DNA from: Dehalococcoidia bacterium
Lineage (GTDB): Bacteria > Chloroflexota > Dehalococcoidia > GIF9 > AB-539-J10
Length of the DNA stretch: 64,000 nt
Assembly (NCBI GenBank): GCA_030612025.1
Contig: JAUWOR010000008.1
Span: 29,849-93,848, forward strand
Reading direction: 5' to 3'
Shown: positions 1 to 9,901 of the stretch, piece after piece
Position numbering within the stretch: the first letter of the stretch is position 1
Layout of the letters: the number at the start of each line of letters is the position of its first letter
Notes under the pieces: model-generated
What the model was told of the DNA's origin: nothing
Database searches by the model: none
What the model saw: only the letters and a program-made list of their open reading frames with translations
Position numbers and translations under genes: made by a program

Positions 1-58
1 GCCTTAGCAAATTTGGGCGAGAGTACATAGCACCGTAGCCTTTTAGCCGCCATTATAC
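1..58 (-). repeat. degenerate/truncated attC-like site (runs off window edge)
   Basis: minus strand GTATAAT (near-complement of the cassette core GTTATAC); shares CTCGCCCAAAT with the attC at 384-460. Confidence 0.45.
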
Positions 59-94
59 GTAGCGAACGAAATAAAATAATCAGCCAGGGAATGC

Positions 95-295
95 CTATTT
101 CCCAAGCACTTTATATACCGGTTTTATTGCTGCTAACACAAAAATTATAGCATACCAATACCAATCTAAACTGAGCAGTGGTCCCCAAAGTTTCGCTATC
201 ATTAAAATACAACCTGCAACACTCAGTTTCATGAACTGGATATCAATCCAATTCAACTTTTTTATTTTTGCATCTGCCAAAGTTCCAAAAGTCAT
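95..295 (-). CDS. small membrane protein, probable integron gene cassette 2
   Basis: 66-aa ORF with two hydrophobic segments and an AGGAGG SD; lies between the attC core GTTATAC (384-390) and a degenerate attC at 1-58. Confidence 0.7.
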   Translation of the reverse strand: MTFGTLADAKIKKLNWIDIQFMKLSVAGCILMIAKLWGPLLSLDWYWYAIIFVLAAIKPVYKVLGK

Positions 296-383
296 ATTTT
301 TATACCTCCTTTCTATTTAAATTCAGCCTCTATTTATACTAAAATTCAGGTGGTTTAAGAATTTGCCTCCCGAAGCCAATTGC

Positions 384-853
<470 letters not shown>

Positions 854-869
854 TCACCTCCAGGATATC

Positions 870-895
870 GTCTAACAGCCATATAAACGAACTCT
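870..895 (-). mobile_element. attI-like recombination core (GTTAGAC)
   Basis: GTTRRRY core 23 bp upstream of the VOC start, near-complement of the cassette's GCCTAAC; no upstream attC palindrome seen. Confidence 0.5.
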
Positions 896-925
896 GGATT
901 CGCCCAGTCCGCTGTGGCTTATCAA

Positions 926-954
926 ATCTTGGCATCTGTCACAGTAGCCGTCAA
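926..954 (-). promoter_or_regulatory. possible Pc-like cassette promoter
   Basis: TTGACG-17 bp-CAAGAT with a TG extension, pointing into the cassettes. Confidence 0.35.
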
Positions 955-1018
955 GCTAATTGCAACCACAATTGCAGGGCCCCTCATTATCTTCCTAACA
1001 GGGCCACTCCCCCCAAAA

Positions 1019-1043
1019 GCTGTAATTGCATTCCAGACGGACA
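1019..1043. repeat. 25-bp direct repeat copy A
   Basis: GCTGTAATTGCATTCCAGACGGACA, 19/25 identical to copy C. Confidence 0.6.
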
Positions 1044-1080
1044 TTTGTGGATAATGTGATTGAAGTGTATTTCCTCATTG

Positions 1081-1518
1081 TCAACTGAACCCTCTTTGTT
1101 TAAATGCTGCAGCATTCTCGGCCATCTTCTTCAGGAGGTCAAGGGCAAGCTGTCTTTCATTCTCTGTAAATCCGGTGGCCAGACCTTCAGTCCAGTGTTC
1201 TAAAGCTCTTTCTATCCTGGGCACGACGTCTTTGCCTTTAGCTGTCAGAGAAAGCCTGTAAAACCGCTTGTCCTGGGAATCACGGTTTTTCGCCACATAT
1301 CCTAGCTCCACCAGCTTCTTAATTGCTCGCGCCGTCGTCGTTTTATCCATGCCGAGTGCTTCACTCAATTCGTCCTGGCTCAATCCATCCTGCTGATAAA
1401 GAACACGGATAAAGGGCAAATGACCTCCCTTGACATCGAGTTCAGCAAACTCTTTGTCTATAAAACTACGGCTGTACCTGTGAATGATAGAGACCCACCT
1501 GCCTAATGACTCGTTCAT
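1081..1518 (-). CDS. MarR family transcriptional regulator
   Basis: GLSQDELSEALGMDKTTTARAIKKLVELGYV...DKR...LTAKG winged HTH. Confidence 0.92.
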   Translation of the reverse strand: MNESLGRWVSIIHRYSRSFIDKEFAELDVKGGHLPFIRVLYQQDGLSQDELSEALGMDKTTTARAIKKLVELGYVAKNRDSQDKRFYRLSLTAKGKDVVPRIERALEHWTEGLATGFTENERQLALDLLKKMAENAAAFKQRGFS

Positions 1519-1524
1519 CGTGTA

Positions 1525-2886
1525 TCACCCCGCTTCCATTAGAATTTGCTGTTTCTTGAACTCACGCATCTGGGGAATAACCATAGCAAGCGTTATGATA
1601 AAGGATAATGTATCGGCGATTGGGAATGATAGCCATACCCCATTAAGTCCGAAGAAACGTGGCAGAATGAATACTAAAGGGATGAGAAAGAGAATCTGCC
1701 TGGATGTAGAGAGAATGAATGTTTGAATTGGTTTTCCAATTGCCTGAAATATGGTTGCGCCAACAATCTGAAATCCGACCAGCCAAAGTGCCATAAAGAT
1801 AAGCCTTATTGCATGGGTGCCTTGGGATATAAGGGCAGCATCCGTGGAAAAAAAACGTATAATCGGCTCAGCGAAAAGGAGGATGATTAAGACAGCACCG
1901 ACGGAAAAGGCCGCCGCAATAATAACGGACCGGCGTATTACTTCTATTCCCCTGTCATAACGCCTCGCACCATAGCTGAAACCAAGGATTGGCTGGAGTC
2001 CCTGAGCAATACCCATATTCGGCATTACGGCAAAGTGCAGCACCCGATGTACCACACCAAAAACTGCTATGGAGACATCCCCACCGTAAAAACCAAGAGT
2101 CCTGTTAATAATGACAGCAATAAAGCTTCCTGCTGCAGTCCTTACAAACACACCGAATCCTATGGCTACAATTTCCTTGACTACAGTCCGCTCAAGAATA
2201 AAGTTTTTCACCCGAATTCGTAGGGAACTCTTTCCAGAGAGAAAATAATGCGCCAGATACAGGGTGGTGACAACATGTGCAATAACCGTTGCAATTGCAG
2301 CCCCCCGGATACCCATGCCAAGGGCAAAGATGAAAACTGGGTCAAGCGCAATGTTTAAAAGAGCACCTATAAACATGCTTATCATTGCCACCCGGGCATT
2401 GCCTTCCGCCCTGATAATAGCATTGGCTGCCATAGAGAATCCGTGGAACACCACGCCGAGAAGAATTATATCCATGTATTCTTTTGCGTAGGGTAGAATG
2501 GTGTCCGTAGCTCCAAAAAGACGGAGAAGGAAAGTGCTTCTTGACAATGCCACAACCGCTAACGTTCCCCCAAGAATAAGAATCAAAATTATGGCATTAC
2601 CCAGTGTACGTTCCGCCCTTTTCATATTGTCAGCACCCAGGCTTCTAGAAATAAGGGAAGCTGCCCCTATTCCTACCATCAGCCCTATGCCCATTATTAC
2701 CATCTGGATTGGGAAAACAATGGAAATGCCGGCGATACCCAGAATACCCACTCCTCGACCAACAAAAATCGCATCTACGACGTTGTAGAGAGACATAACG
2801 AACATGCCTGCCATCGCTGGGAGAGAGAGTTTCCACAGCAATGTTTTTATGGGTTCGCTAGCTAGAGCTACACTGTGGTCATGCAT
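1525..2886 (-). CDS. MATE family efflux transporter (MepA-like)
   Basis: LYNVVDAIFVGRG, LNIALDPVFIF, GAAIAT motifs; ~12 TM segments. Confidence 0.93.
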   Translation of the reverse strand: MHDHSVALASEPIKTLLWKLSLPAMAGMFVMSLYNVVDAIFVGRGVGILGIAGISIVFPIQMVIMGIGLMVGIGAASLISRSLGADNMKRAERTLGNAIILILILGGTLAVVALSRSTFLLRLFGATDTILPYAKEYMDIILLGVVFHGFSMAANAIIRAEGNARVAMISMFIGALLNIALDPVFIFALGMGIRGAAIATVIAHVVTTLYLAHYFLSGKSSLRIRVKNFILERTVVKEIVAIGFGVFVRTAAGSFIAVIINRTLGFYGGDVSIAVFGVVHRVLHFAVMPNMGIAQGLQPILGFSYGARRYDRGIEVIRRSVIIAAAFSVGAVLIILLFAEPIIRFFSTDAALISQGTHAIRLIFMALWLVGFQIVGATIFQAIGKPIQTFILSTSRQILFLIPLVFILPRFFGLNGVWLSFPIADTLSFIITLAMVIPQMREFKKQQILMEAG

Positions 2887-2905
2887 AACTTATTCAAATC
2901 CCTTC

Positions 2906-2957
2906 ATCAGTTGTAAATACAACTGATTATATCAAGGCATAGTTGTAAATACAACTA
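2906..2957 (-). promoter_or_regulatory. sigma70 promoter with two MarR-type operators
   Basis: TTGTAT-17 bp-TATAAT overlapped by two copies of palindromic AGTTGTAAATACAACT. Confidence 0.8.
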
Positions 2958-3041
2958 ATCTTTGAAGTAGCCTTCCAGTAGAATTTGAGTGGAAGGCAGA
3001 AGGTTATTTATCTCCCAGCCAGAACCATTTCCCGCTCTAAA

Positions 3042-3066
3042 GTTGTAATTACATTCCGCATGGGCA
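3042..3066. repeat. 25-bp direct repeat copy B
   Basis: GTTGTAATTACATTCCGCATGGGCA, 23/25 identical to copy C. Confidence 0.8.
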
Positions 3067-3071
3067 CGGAT

Positions 3072-3749
3072 TCATGGGTACATGCTCCTTAGTTCCTCTA
3101 CAATTCTCCTCTCTTCCGTAAGTTTCTCTCTTTGCTCCGGGGTTAGGCGAGTTTGGTATTCAGCAAGCTTACGGTGTAACCTTTCCATCTCCTTACCGGG
3201 TTTCGCCCCCTCGAAACCAGACATTGCAGGAGTTTCTTTAACTCCTTCGGCTAGGCCGATTTTAGCAGCAATCCTCGGATACCATGATGGTCTAAAAAAC
3301 CCGGCAGTTAACCAGTCTCCAAACCGCACTATCAGAATGTCAATATACCGCATAGGTGGAAAGAACCACCGCACAACCCCGCCTTCCTGACCTGTCACAG
3401 CACGCAATAGGGTGCCTCCTCCAGCATACAAGAAACATAGCGTGAGAAGAAAACAGGGCAGGCAGAGGATGACGAGGATCAGACTCCAAAAACCACCAGT
3501 GCCAACCGCACCAAAGATAAAGCTGAAGATAAGGCCAAACATAGACCAGACAAAGGCCAATACCAGGTAACCAGTGCCCCTGTACTCAGGTGGCTCTAGT
3601 TCGCTTAGTTTGGCGCCTCTTACTTCTGGATTAACGGCACTATGTTTGCCGGCAACAAATAATAGAGCAGCAGCCGTCAATGAGAGGCCAGCAAGAATAG
3701 CAAAGAAAGAGGGAGAAAGTAATCTACCCAGTCTTACTAAGATTTCCAT
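3072..3749 (-). CDS. hypothetical membrane protein
   Basis: ORF with ~3 TM segments and a charged C-terminal helix; GGAGG SD before ATG 3749. Confidence 0.7.
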   Translation of the reverse strand: MEILVRLGRLLSPSFFAILAGLSLTAAALLFVAGKHSAVNPEVRGAKLSELEPPEYRGTGYLVLAFVWSMFGLIFSFIFGAVGTGGFWSLILVILCLPCFLLTLCFLYAGGGTLLRAVTGQEGGVVRWFFPPMRYIDILIVRFGDWLTAGFFRPSWYPRIAAKIGLAEGVKETPAMSGFEGAKPGKEMERLHRKLAEYQTRLTPEQREKLTEERRIVEELRSMYP

Positions 3750-3910
3750 GGCCACCTCCCTTCAAACTAGCTCCGACAAATATTTAAGGATAGCATAACA
3801 AATTTGAATGTGATGGAGCTAGTTGCAATCTCTATCGCTGAGCGATTTGACAGAATTTTGCGGATGAAATGATTACCCTAGTCCCTTCTCAAACAACTTT
3901 CCACCCCAAC

Positions 3911-3935
3911 GTTGTAACTACATTCCGCACGGGCA
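3911..3935. repeat. 25-bp direct repeat copy C
   Basis: GTTGTAACTACATTCCGCACGGGCA. Confidence 0.8.
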
Positions 3936-4065
3936 AGGGTTTAGCTCCATTCTAAGATATTGACCATCACGCGAACGAGGACTAAACTCAAGTCCCAAAA
4001 GTTGATTATCACCTCTGAAAATCTGGTAATATTAAAAAGGGGGAAACGTAAGAAAGGAGACAGCT

Positions 4066-5118
4066 ATGAAGATTATTGACCTGCGAAGTGATACGATAAC
4101 CCTCCCCACAGAGGATATGCGCCGAGCCATGTATGAGGCTGAAGTAGGAGATGACGTTTATAAAGAGGACCCCACCGTTAATCTCTTAGAGGAACTAGCT
4201 GCCCGCATGTTGGAGAAAGAGGCTGCTCTCTTTACAGCCAGCGGAACTATGAGCAACCTTATTGCTATCCTGACATATACCCGCCACGGCAATGAAATCA
4301 TCATGGGCAGTGAAGCTCATATGTTATGGGCCGAGGTTGGCTCTGCATCTGCCTTAGGTGGAGTCGTGATGAGGACTGTTCCCAACGAGCAAGACGGCCG
4401 GCTGGACCTTGGTATGGTGGAGCAAGCTATTCGACCAGAAAATATCCACTTCCCTCAGACTACGCTCCTCTGTCTAGAGAATACCCACAATCGCTGTGGT
4501 GGCACTGTTCTGACTCCTGAATACACATCTACTATCGCCGAACTCGCTCACCAACATGGACTTCGGGTTCACCTGGACGGAGCACGCATTTTCAACGCCG
4601 CCGTTGCCCTTGATGTGCCTGTAAGTGAACTGGTTGCACCCGCGGATTCTGTCTGCTTCTGCCTCTCCAAGGGCCTCAGCGCTCCCGTGGGCTCTCTCCT
4701 GTGTGGGACTCAGGAGTTTGTAGCGAAGGCCCGCAAGTGGCGTAAGATGCTGGGAGGAGGAATGCGCCAGGTGGGAATCATCGCTGCCGCTGGCATCATT
4801 GCTCTTCAGAAAATGGTTGCGCGTCTGGCTGAAGATCACGCTACTGCCCGGCACTTAGCGTATGGGCTAGCCAACATCCCCGGCATCACCGTTCACCCTG
4901 ACAGGGTTCAAACCAACATCGTGATGTTTGAGCCTCCGATTACCATCCCCGCTCCCGAGTTCATCCAACGGAGCAGTGCCCGGGGTGTTAGGTTCGGCTC
5001 TCTGGGTGGGCGAAGAGTGCGGGCCGTCACGCACCGCATGGTCACAAAGGCAGATATAGATGAAGCCCTGAACCGTATTGAGTTTCTTGTCAGAGAAACA
5101 GAGTCAGAAGCCCATTAG
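4066..5118 (+). CDS. ltaE: low-specificity L-threonine aldolase
   Basis: IDLRSDT, VGDDVY.EDPTV, CLENTHN, HLDGARIFNA, CLSKGL.APVG. Confidence 0.95.
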   Translation: MKIIDLRSDTITLPTEDMRRAMYEAEVGDDVYKEDPTVNLLEELAARMLEKEAALFTASGTMSNLIAILTYTRHGNEIIMGSEAHMLWAEVGSASALGGVVMRTVPNEQDGRLDLGMVEQAIRPENIHFPQTTLLCLENTHNRCGGTVLTPEYTSTIAELAHQHGLRVHLDGARIFNAAVALDVPVSELVAPADSVCFCLSKGLSAPVGSLLCGTQEFVAKARKWRKMLGGGMRQVGIIAAAGIIALQKMVARLAEDHATARHLAYGLANIPGITVHPDRVQTNIVMFEPPITIPAPEFIQRSSARGVRFGSLGGRRVRAVTHRMVTKADIDEALNRIEFLVRETESEAH

Positions 5119-5302
5119 AAAAAGATTCCTCTCCCGAGCCTCGAAGTTAAGCGCTCGCTTATCGGGCTGTAATGGAGTATAGCGAGCGTGAATTGGTTAG
5201 AACTCGCGGTTCGCCTCAAGTGTTACCTATGTGGTCAGTCAGCACACTATGGTGCAACACATCGCTCAATCAGGTATCATTGTCACTACTAAGGAGGTCA
5301 AT

Positions 5303-6172
5303 GTGAATAAAGTAGCTATTATGACTGACTCCATTGCCGCTATACCGCCGGAAATGGCACAAGAATATGGCATCGGAATAGTGCCAGCCCACGTCATCAT
5401 GGATGGTAAGGATTATCCTGACACAGAAATAGATATGGGAATGCTCTATGCCCAGCTTGAAGGAAAAGAAAACCTGCCGACAACTTCAGGTGCTACCATA
5501 GGGCAATTCTTGCAAGCCTACCAGGAGATGAGCCAGAGGGCAGAGGCTATCCTGGTTATCACTCTCACTTCAGCTTATAGCGCAACATATGGGGCAGCCG
5601 TACAGGCTAGAGAAATAGTTCATGAAAAGCTGCCCAACACCACTATTGAAGTGATTGACTCACGCACCGTCGCTGCCGCTCAGCTACTTATTGTTCTTCA
5701 GGCAGCCAAGACAGCCGCACAAGGCAAAAGTTTTCAAGAGGTAACCAAGGTCGCTAACGACATGATACTCCGAGTAAATGATCTGTCAACGCGAGATACC
5801 CTTTTCTACCTGGATAAGGGAGGGCTAGTATATGAGGCTGGTTCATGGGCTAAAGCTGAATTAAAAAGCACTTTCAGAGCAATTTTGAAGGTCGATGCCT
5901 CTACTCAGGGGATAACAAAGCCTGTAGCCAGAGCTAAAACCAAAACACAAATAATGAACAAGATGGTTGACATAGCCAAGGAAAAAGTCAGAGGCAAGAA
6001 ATTATATGCTGCCATAGTGCACACCAACGTCCCCGACCAAGCCGAACAGCTAAGAAAAATGATTCTATCCCAATTCCAGTGTGATGAAATTTATGTTGCT
6101 GAAGCCTTGGGAGCGACAGCAGTGAAAAATGGACGCGGGCTCATTCACTTTGCATTCTACGGTGGCGACTGA
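5303..6172 (+). CDS. DegV family fatty acid-binding protein
   Basis: KVAIMTDS, LPTTS, SATY, VIDSR motifs; GTG start after AAGGAGG. Confidence 0.9.
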   Translation: MNKVAIMTDSIAAIPPEMAQEYGIGIVPAHVIMDGKDYPDTEIDMGMLYAQLEGKENLPTTSGATIGQFLQAYQEMSQRAEAILVITLTSAYSATYGAAVQAREIVHEKLPNTTIEVIDSRTVAAAQLLIVLQAAKTAAQGKSFQEVTKVANDMILRVNDLSTRDTLFYLDKGGLVYEAGSWAKAELKSTFRAILKVDASTQGITKPVARAKTKTQIMNKMVDIAKEKVRGKKLYAAIVHTNVPDQAEQLRKMILSQFQCDEIYVAEALGATAVKNGRGLIHFAFYGGD

Positions 6173-6177
6173 GCAGG

Positions 6178-6645
6178 TCAGCACTCCATAGGCTGTGTTG
6201 ATATATCACATATCTGTGGGGCAACCAATTTTGTGATGTCCTGCACCTTCAGCTTGACTAACCTTGTTCTCGTCCCGCCACCACTCCAGACGCACTCGTT
6301 GCTCAAGACCTGTTGATCGAGATATACGGGCAGCCTCTTCTTATGTCCCACCGGAGGTATGCCCCCTGTGGGATAGCCAGTAACCTTTTCTGCAATTTCA
6401 TCTGAAGCAATTTTCACTGATTTTGACTGAGAGCAAGATTCAAGCTTGTGCCGGCTCACACTGCAGTCAGCCCTCACTATAGCTATTAGCGGCTTTGAAT
6501 CTTGGTTAACAAAAACAAGAGTTTTTACAATCCTATCTAAAGGTATGTCAGTAGCCTTGGACGCTTCCAAGGCATGATGGGTAGATTTTTTCTCCACAAA
6601 TTCAAATTCAACTTTGTTTTGGCGTAGAAACGCTGTTAGATTCAC
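6178..6645 (-). CDS. YbaK/EbsC family aminoacyl-tRNA deacylase
   Basis: IVKTLV, TGYPTGGIPPVG, SGGG motifs. Confidence 0.9.
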   Translation of the reverse strand: MNLTAFLRQNKVEFEFVEKKSTHHALEASKATDIPLDRIVKTLVFVNQDSKPLIAIVRADCSVSRHKLESCSQSKSVKIASDEIAEKVTGYPTGGIPPVGHKKRLPVYLDQQVLSNECVWSGGGTRTRLVKLKVQDITKLVAPQICDISTQPMEC

Positions 6646-6728
6646 TCTATACCCTCGAGAAACTATTCTGCTTTATATACTTTCTTGAAGGATATGTCGC
6701 CTCCTTCACTGGTAGCTATTGAAGCGTC

Positions 6729-7646
6729 TTACTCACCAAGTCTGTCTCCTGCTTTCAAATCCACTTGCTCGGCGAATTCTGTACCTGCTATCTTGGGAAA
6801 GCCTCCCACTTGCACCCGTTTAACAAGGATGGCCCCATTCATGGCAGCCACTGTAAATCCCTCTTTAGTAATATTAATAACCTGGCCAGGCAATCCACCC
6901 ACACCGCCCACAAGTAGTTCTGCGTCAAAAAGTTTGAGCCGCTTACCCCGAAAATAGGTTATTGCCCCTGGCTGAGGATTAGTGCCCCGAATCAGATTAT
7001 AGACTCTGGTTACCGGCTGAAGCCAGTTAAGAACAGCATCTTTTTCAGTGCATAGCCCTTCGTAAGTAGCTTGTGATTCATCTTGGGGGATTCGTGGAGC
7101 TATTCCCTTTTTAATCAACTCGATGCTCTCCACTAATGCCTCTATTCCCAATGGGAAGAGTTTATCGAAGTAGAGCGAGCCCACAGTATCATCAGGAGAA
7201 ATCTCTACCTCCCTCTGCAACAGGGTAGGGCCGGTATCTATCCCTTTATCAGGCCAGAAAATGGTAATGCCTGTCTTAGTCTCTCCATTGATGATAGCCC
7301 AGTTAATGGCACTACCACCTCGATGCTTCGGAAGTAACGAGGGATGGTATTGGATTGTCCCCAACTTAGGATAGTTTAGGATACTCTCAGGTATGATACT
7401 GGTTACATAAGCCATAACATTCAGGTCCGGCTTAAACTTAATATACTCGGTATAAACCTCTGGGGCTCGCATTTCTCCTGGCTGAAAGGTTGGTATACCT
7501 AATTGAACTGCTAATTCCTTAAGCGGGTTTGTCTTTCTAGGAATATCAGGAGAGGTATAAACCCCGACAATCTCCTCTCCCCTTTCGGTCAATGCCTCGA
7601 GAACTTTCTGGCCAAGGGCTGCTTGCCCTATTATGACAATACGCAT
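6729..7646 (-). CDS. methionyl-tRNA formyltransferase-like protein (10-formyl-THF dependent)
   Basis: YHPSLLPKHRGGSAINWAI, DKGIDTG, RGTNPQPGA; the IIGQ N-terminus resembles the hydrolase domain of 10-formylTHF dehydrogenase. Confidence 0.85.
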   Translation of the reverse strand: MRIVIIGQAALGQKVLEALTERGEEIVGVYTSPDIPRKTNPLKELAVQLGIPTFQPGEMRAPEVYTEYIKFKPDLNVMAYVTSIIPESILNYPKLGTIQYHPSLLPKHRGGSAINWAIINGETKTGITIFWPDKGIDTGPTLLQREVEISPDDTVGSLYFDKLFPLGIEALVESIELIKKGIAPRIPQDESQATYEGLCTEKDAVLNWLQPVTRVYNLIRGTNPQPGAITYFRGKRLKLFDAELLVGGVGGLPGQVINITKEGFTVAAMNGAILVKRVQVGGFPKIAGTEFAEQVDLKAGDRLGE

Positions 7647-7697
7647 TGCCTACCCTTTCTCATCCTTTAGGGACTCAACATTTTGGCGCTAATGGGT

Positions 7698-7782
7698 TGG
7701 TGGGGAAGGGGGGACTCGAACCCCCACGCCTTGCAGCACATGATCCTAAGTCATGCTCGTCTGCCAATTCCGACACTTCCCC
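7698..7782 (-). tRNA. tRNA-Leu(TAG)
   Basis: cloverleaf GGGGAAG..CTTCCCC-ACCA, anticodon loop CT-TAG-GA, long variable arm. Confidence 0.95.
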
Positions 7783-7877
7783 AGATACAAAATCACTTAA
7801 TACAATAGCATTTTATCAGACTTGCCTCAAACAATCGGGACTCAAAAATGCAAAGATTGTTTGGGAAGCTCGCTTTT

Positions 7878-7975
7878 TGTCATTCTGAACCCTATGGGCG
7901 AAGAATCTCTTAATAGACTCTCCGCGGAGTCTGTCCTGAGCGTTATGAGATCCTTCGCTTCACTCAGGATGACAG
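7878..7975. repeat. REP-like palindromic element (GTCATTCTGA...TCAGGATGAC family)
   Basis: terminal inverted repeats TGTCATTCTGA/TCAGGATGACA with inner GAAGAATCT/AGATCCTTC. Confidence 0.75.
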
Positions 7976-8193
7976 CGAAGGACTCAGATCAACAATTTGC
8001 TGTTAATAAACATCCCCAAATGCAATTCCACACCCTTAAGAGCGCCCTTGTTGTAACCTTCGTCGTGCTCGCTCGGATATTGAGCATATTGTGAGGCTTG
8101 GTGGTTGGGAAAGCCCTGATATGGTGCTCAGATATACTCGGTCAGTGAAGTTTGAGGATAGTTTGAGGGTTTACTGTGGGCTGGAGACTTTAT

Positions 8194-8523
8194 CTAAAAC
8201 CTAGCCCTTCGCTTCACTTGGAACATAAATGAGAGAGGTTTTTCGAGAAAGTCATTAACCCCCTTGGACTTGTCTTGGTAGGCTATAGTTTCTTTACCAA
8301 TCATAATAGTAGCATAAGCGAGCTTTACCTCTTGCGAACCTAGCATCTTATAGTCTGGGTTGCGTTCGTTAACCTGGACAATTCCGCTCACGAAGCGGCT
8401 ATGTTGCGAGGGTCCATCTTCAAAAGGAACATCTTGTAAGGCGATTCGCATGCCACAAACGAGGTAGTTAGCATAAGGACTAGTCCCAAGACTAGAAGGA
8501 CGAAATATTTGTTTCTGCTCATT
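8194..8523 (-). pseudogene. probable frameshifted lipoprotein remnant
   Basis: signal peptide MSRNKYFVLLVLGLVLMLTTSFVAC in one frame, continuation in the overlapping frame 8194-8451. Confidence 0.4.
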
Positions 8524-8672
8524 CCTCCGCCCTCCGTTGTACCTTCCCCTTGTCCAATTATACCCTTGATGAACCTCAAATAGAAGGCTCTCATTATGTA
8601 TTTCCCATTCACCTGCTAAAATCTCGCTTGAAGAGACATGTTGTAGGTTGACTATAGCAAGAGGAATTTACT

Positions 8673-9079
8673 ATGTGGATTCGAGAGCCTGGTAAGGTCA
8701 CTGACAGGATAGATTTTCCAGGAACACGAAAAAAACTGCCTATATCCGCTTAAAGGTAAAGAGACTGTGATTATTGCATGACTTTTCTCTATATATGGAA
8801 TCGCTAAGGAAGCTGGCGGCTTATGAGGTAGCGCTATGTGCCTTTGCCCATCATGGTGTTTTTATCGCTGACCAAGCAAAAAGTATCCTCCCGTAAGGCC
8901 CAGAACAGACAGAAAGGTTTAAGGACTACATTATGGAGCAATACCAAAAAACAGGTAACCTAGACAAAATAGCACAAAACCTTGCCGCTGAGGCAGCGGA
9001 GAAAAACAAAACTCCCTTCCTCAGCCTGGAATTCCAGACCACTATTGCCAAGACTGTAATCCGTAGGATATTAGGCTAG
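8673..9079 (+). pseudogene. MBL-fold metallo-hydrolase pseudogene with internal deletion
   Basis: MWIREPGKVTDRIDF.. / ..CLYPLKGKE.. / DFSLYMESLRKLAAYEVALCAFAHHG; frameshifts and an internal TAA. Confidence 0.65.
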
Positions 9080-9098
9080 CTTGCCGAATAAACAAGAC

Positions 9099-9407
9099 TC
9101 AATATCTTCGACGCCCTCCTCCACCTCCACCTCCACCATAAAACCCACCGCCGCCTCCGCGTTCAGTGCGAGGACGCGCCTTGCTAACAGTAAGCTTCTG
9201 CTCCCTTAATGGCGTCTCGCTGAGGCCGTCAATCGCTGCCTGAGCCTCGGTATCTACTGACATCTCAACAAATCCAAATCCCCTGGGTTGGCCAGTATAC
9301 CTATCTTTGATAATGTTTACCGATGTAACTTGCCCAAAAGCCTCAAATGCCTGGCGTAACTCCTCTTCAGTAACCTCGGGTGACAAATTACCTACATATA
9401 TATTCAT
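9099..9407 (-). CDS. RRM RNA-binding protein with Gly-rich tail
   Basis: RNP2 IYVGNL, RNP1 RGFGFVEM. Confidence 0.95.
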   Translation of the reverse strand: MNIYVGNLSPEVTEEELRQAFEAFGQVTSVNIIKDRYTGQPRGFGFVEMSVDTEAQAAIDGLSETPLREQKLTVSKARPRTERGGGGGFYGGGGGGGGRRRY

Positions 9408-9437
9408 AATATTACCTCCCTTTGCATTTTTATTTTA

Positions 9438-9502
9438 TCACCCTCACCTTAGTTCCTTCGCTTTGCTCAGGACTAGCATCACCTCCCTTCAAGGGAAAGG
9501 CT
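9438..9502. repeat. REP-like element (CCCTCACC...AAGGGA family)
   Basis: CACCCTCACCTT...CTCCCTTCAAGGGA; related copies at ~10108-10180 and 20875-20910. Confidence 0.55.
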
Positions 9503-9595
9503 AGGCGAGGGGTTAAAATACGCTGAATCTTTCCACTTCTGAACCTTCGGGGGCTGGGCTCAATTCCAGCCCCTTTGAATCCAGTTACAATCAAC

Positions 9596-9901
9596 CTATT
9601 GTCGACTGCCCAATTTAACTTTGTTGTAACACTCACTGCAATATACTGGCCTGCCTTCTCGAGGCTCGAAGGGTACCTCACATTCCTTACCACACTCAGC
9701 GCATACTGCCGGATACATTTGCCGCCTCAGTCTATCGTCACCAAAGCTTCTGCGCTGGTTTCTCCTTGCCTCACGGCAGGCAGTGCAACGCTTGGGCTCA
9801 TTAGTATATCCCTTAGCCGCATAGAACTCCTGCTCCTCAACAGTAAAGGTAAATGTAGCGCCACAGTCAGAACATTGGAGTGTTTTGTCTGTAAACCCCA
9901 T
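9596..9901 (-). CDS. zinc-ribbon / CxxC-x17-CxxC domain protein
   Basis: DKTLQCSDCG..EQEFY..KG...EPKRC..C plus AVCAECG..VPFEP...PVYCSEC. Confidence 0.9.
   Translation of the reverse strand: MGFTDKTLQCSDCGATFTFTVEEQEFYAAKGYTNEPKRCTACREARRNQRRSFGDDRLRRQMYPAVCAECGKECEVPFEPREGRPVYCSECYNKVKLGSRQ

Noticed and set aside
1019-3935. CRISPR interpretation of the 25-bp repeats
   Set aside because: Spacing is 0.9-2 kb with whole genes between; no cas genes
5133-5215. Imperfect ~80-nt hairpin between ltaE and degV
   Set aside because: No recognisable ncRNA motif; cannot be assigned without Rfam
7822-8094. ORFs made of REP-like DNA (also 23966-24184)
   Set aside because: Translations of palindromic repeats with no SD or domain
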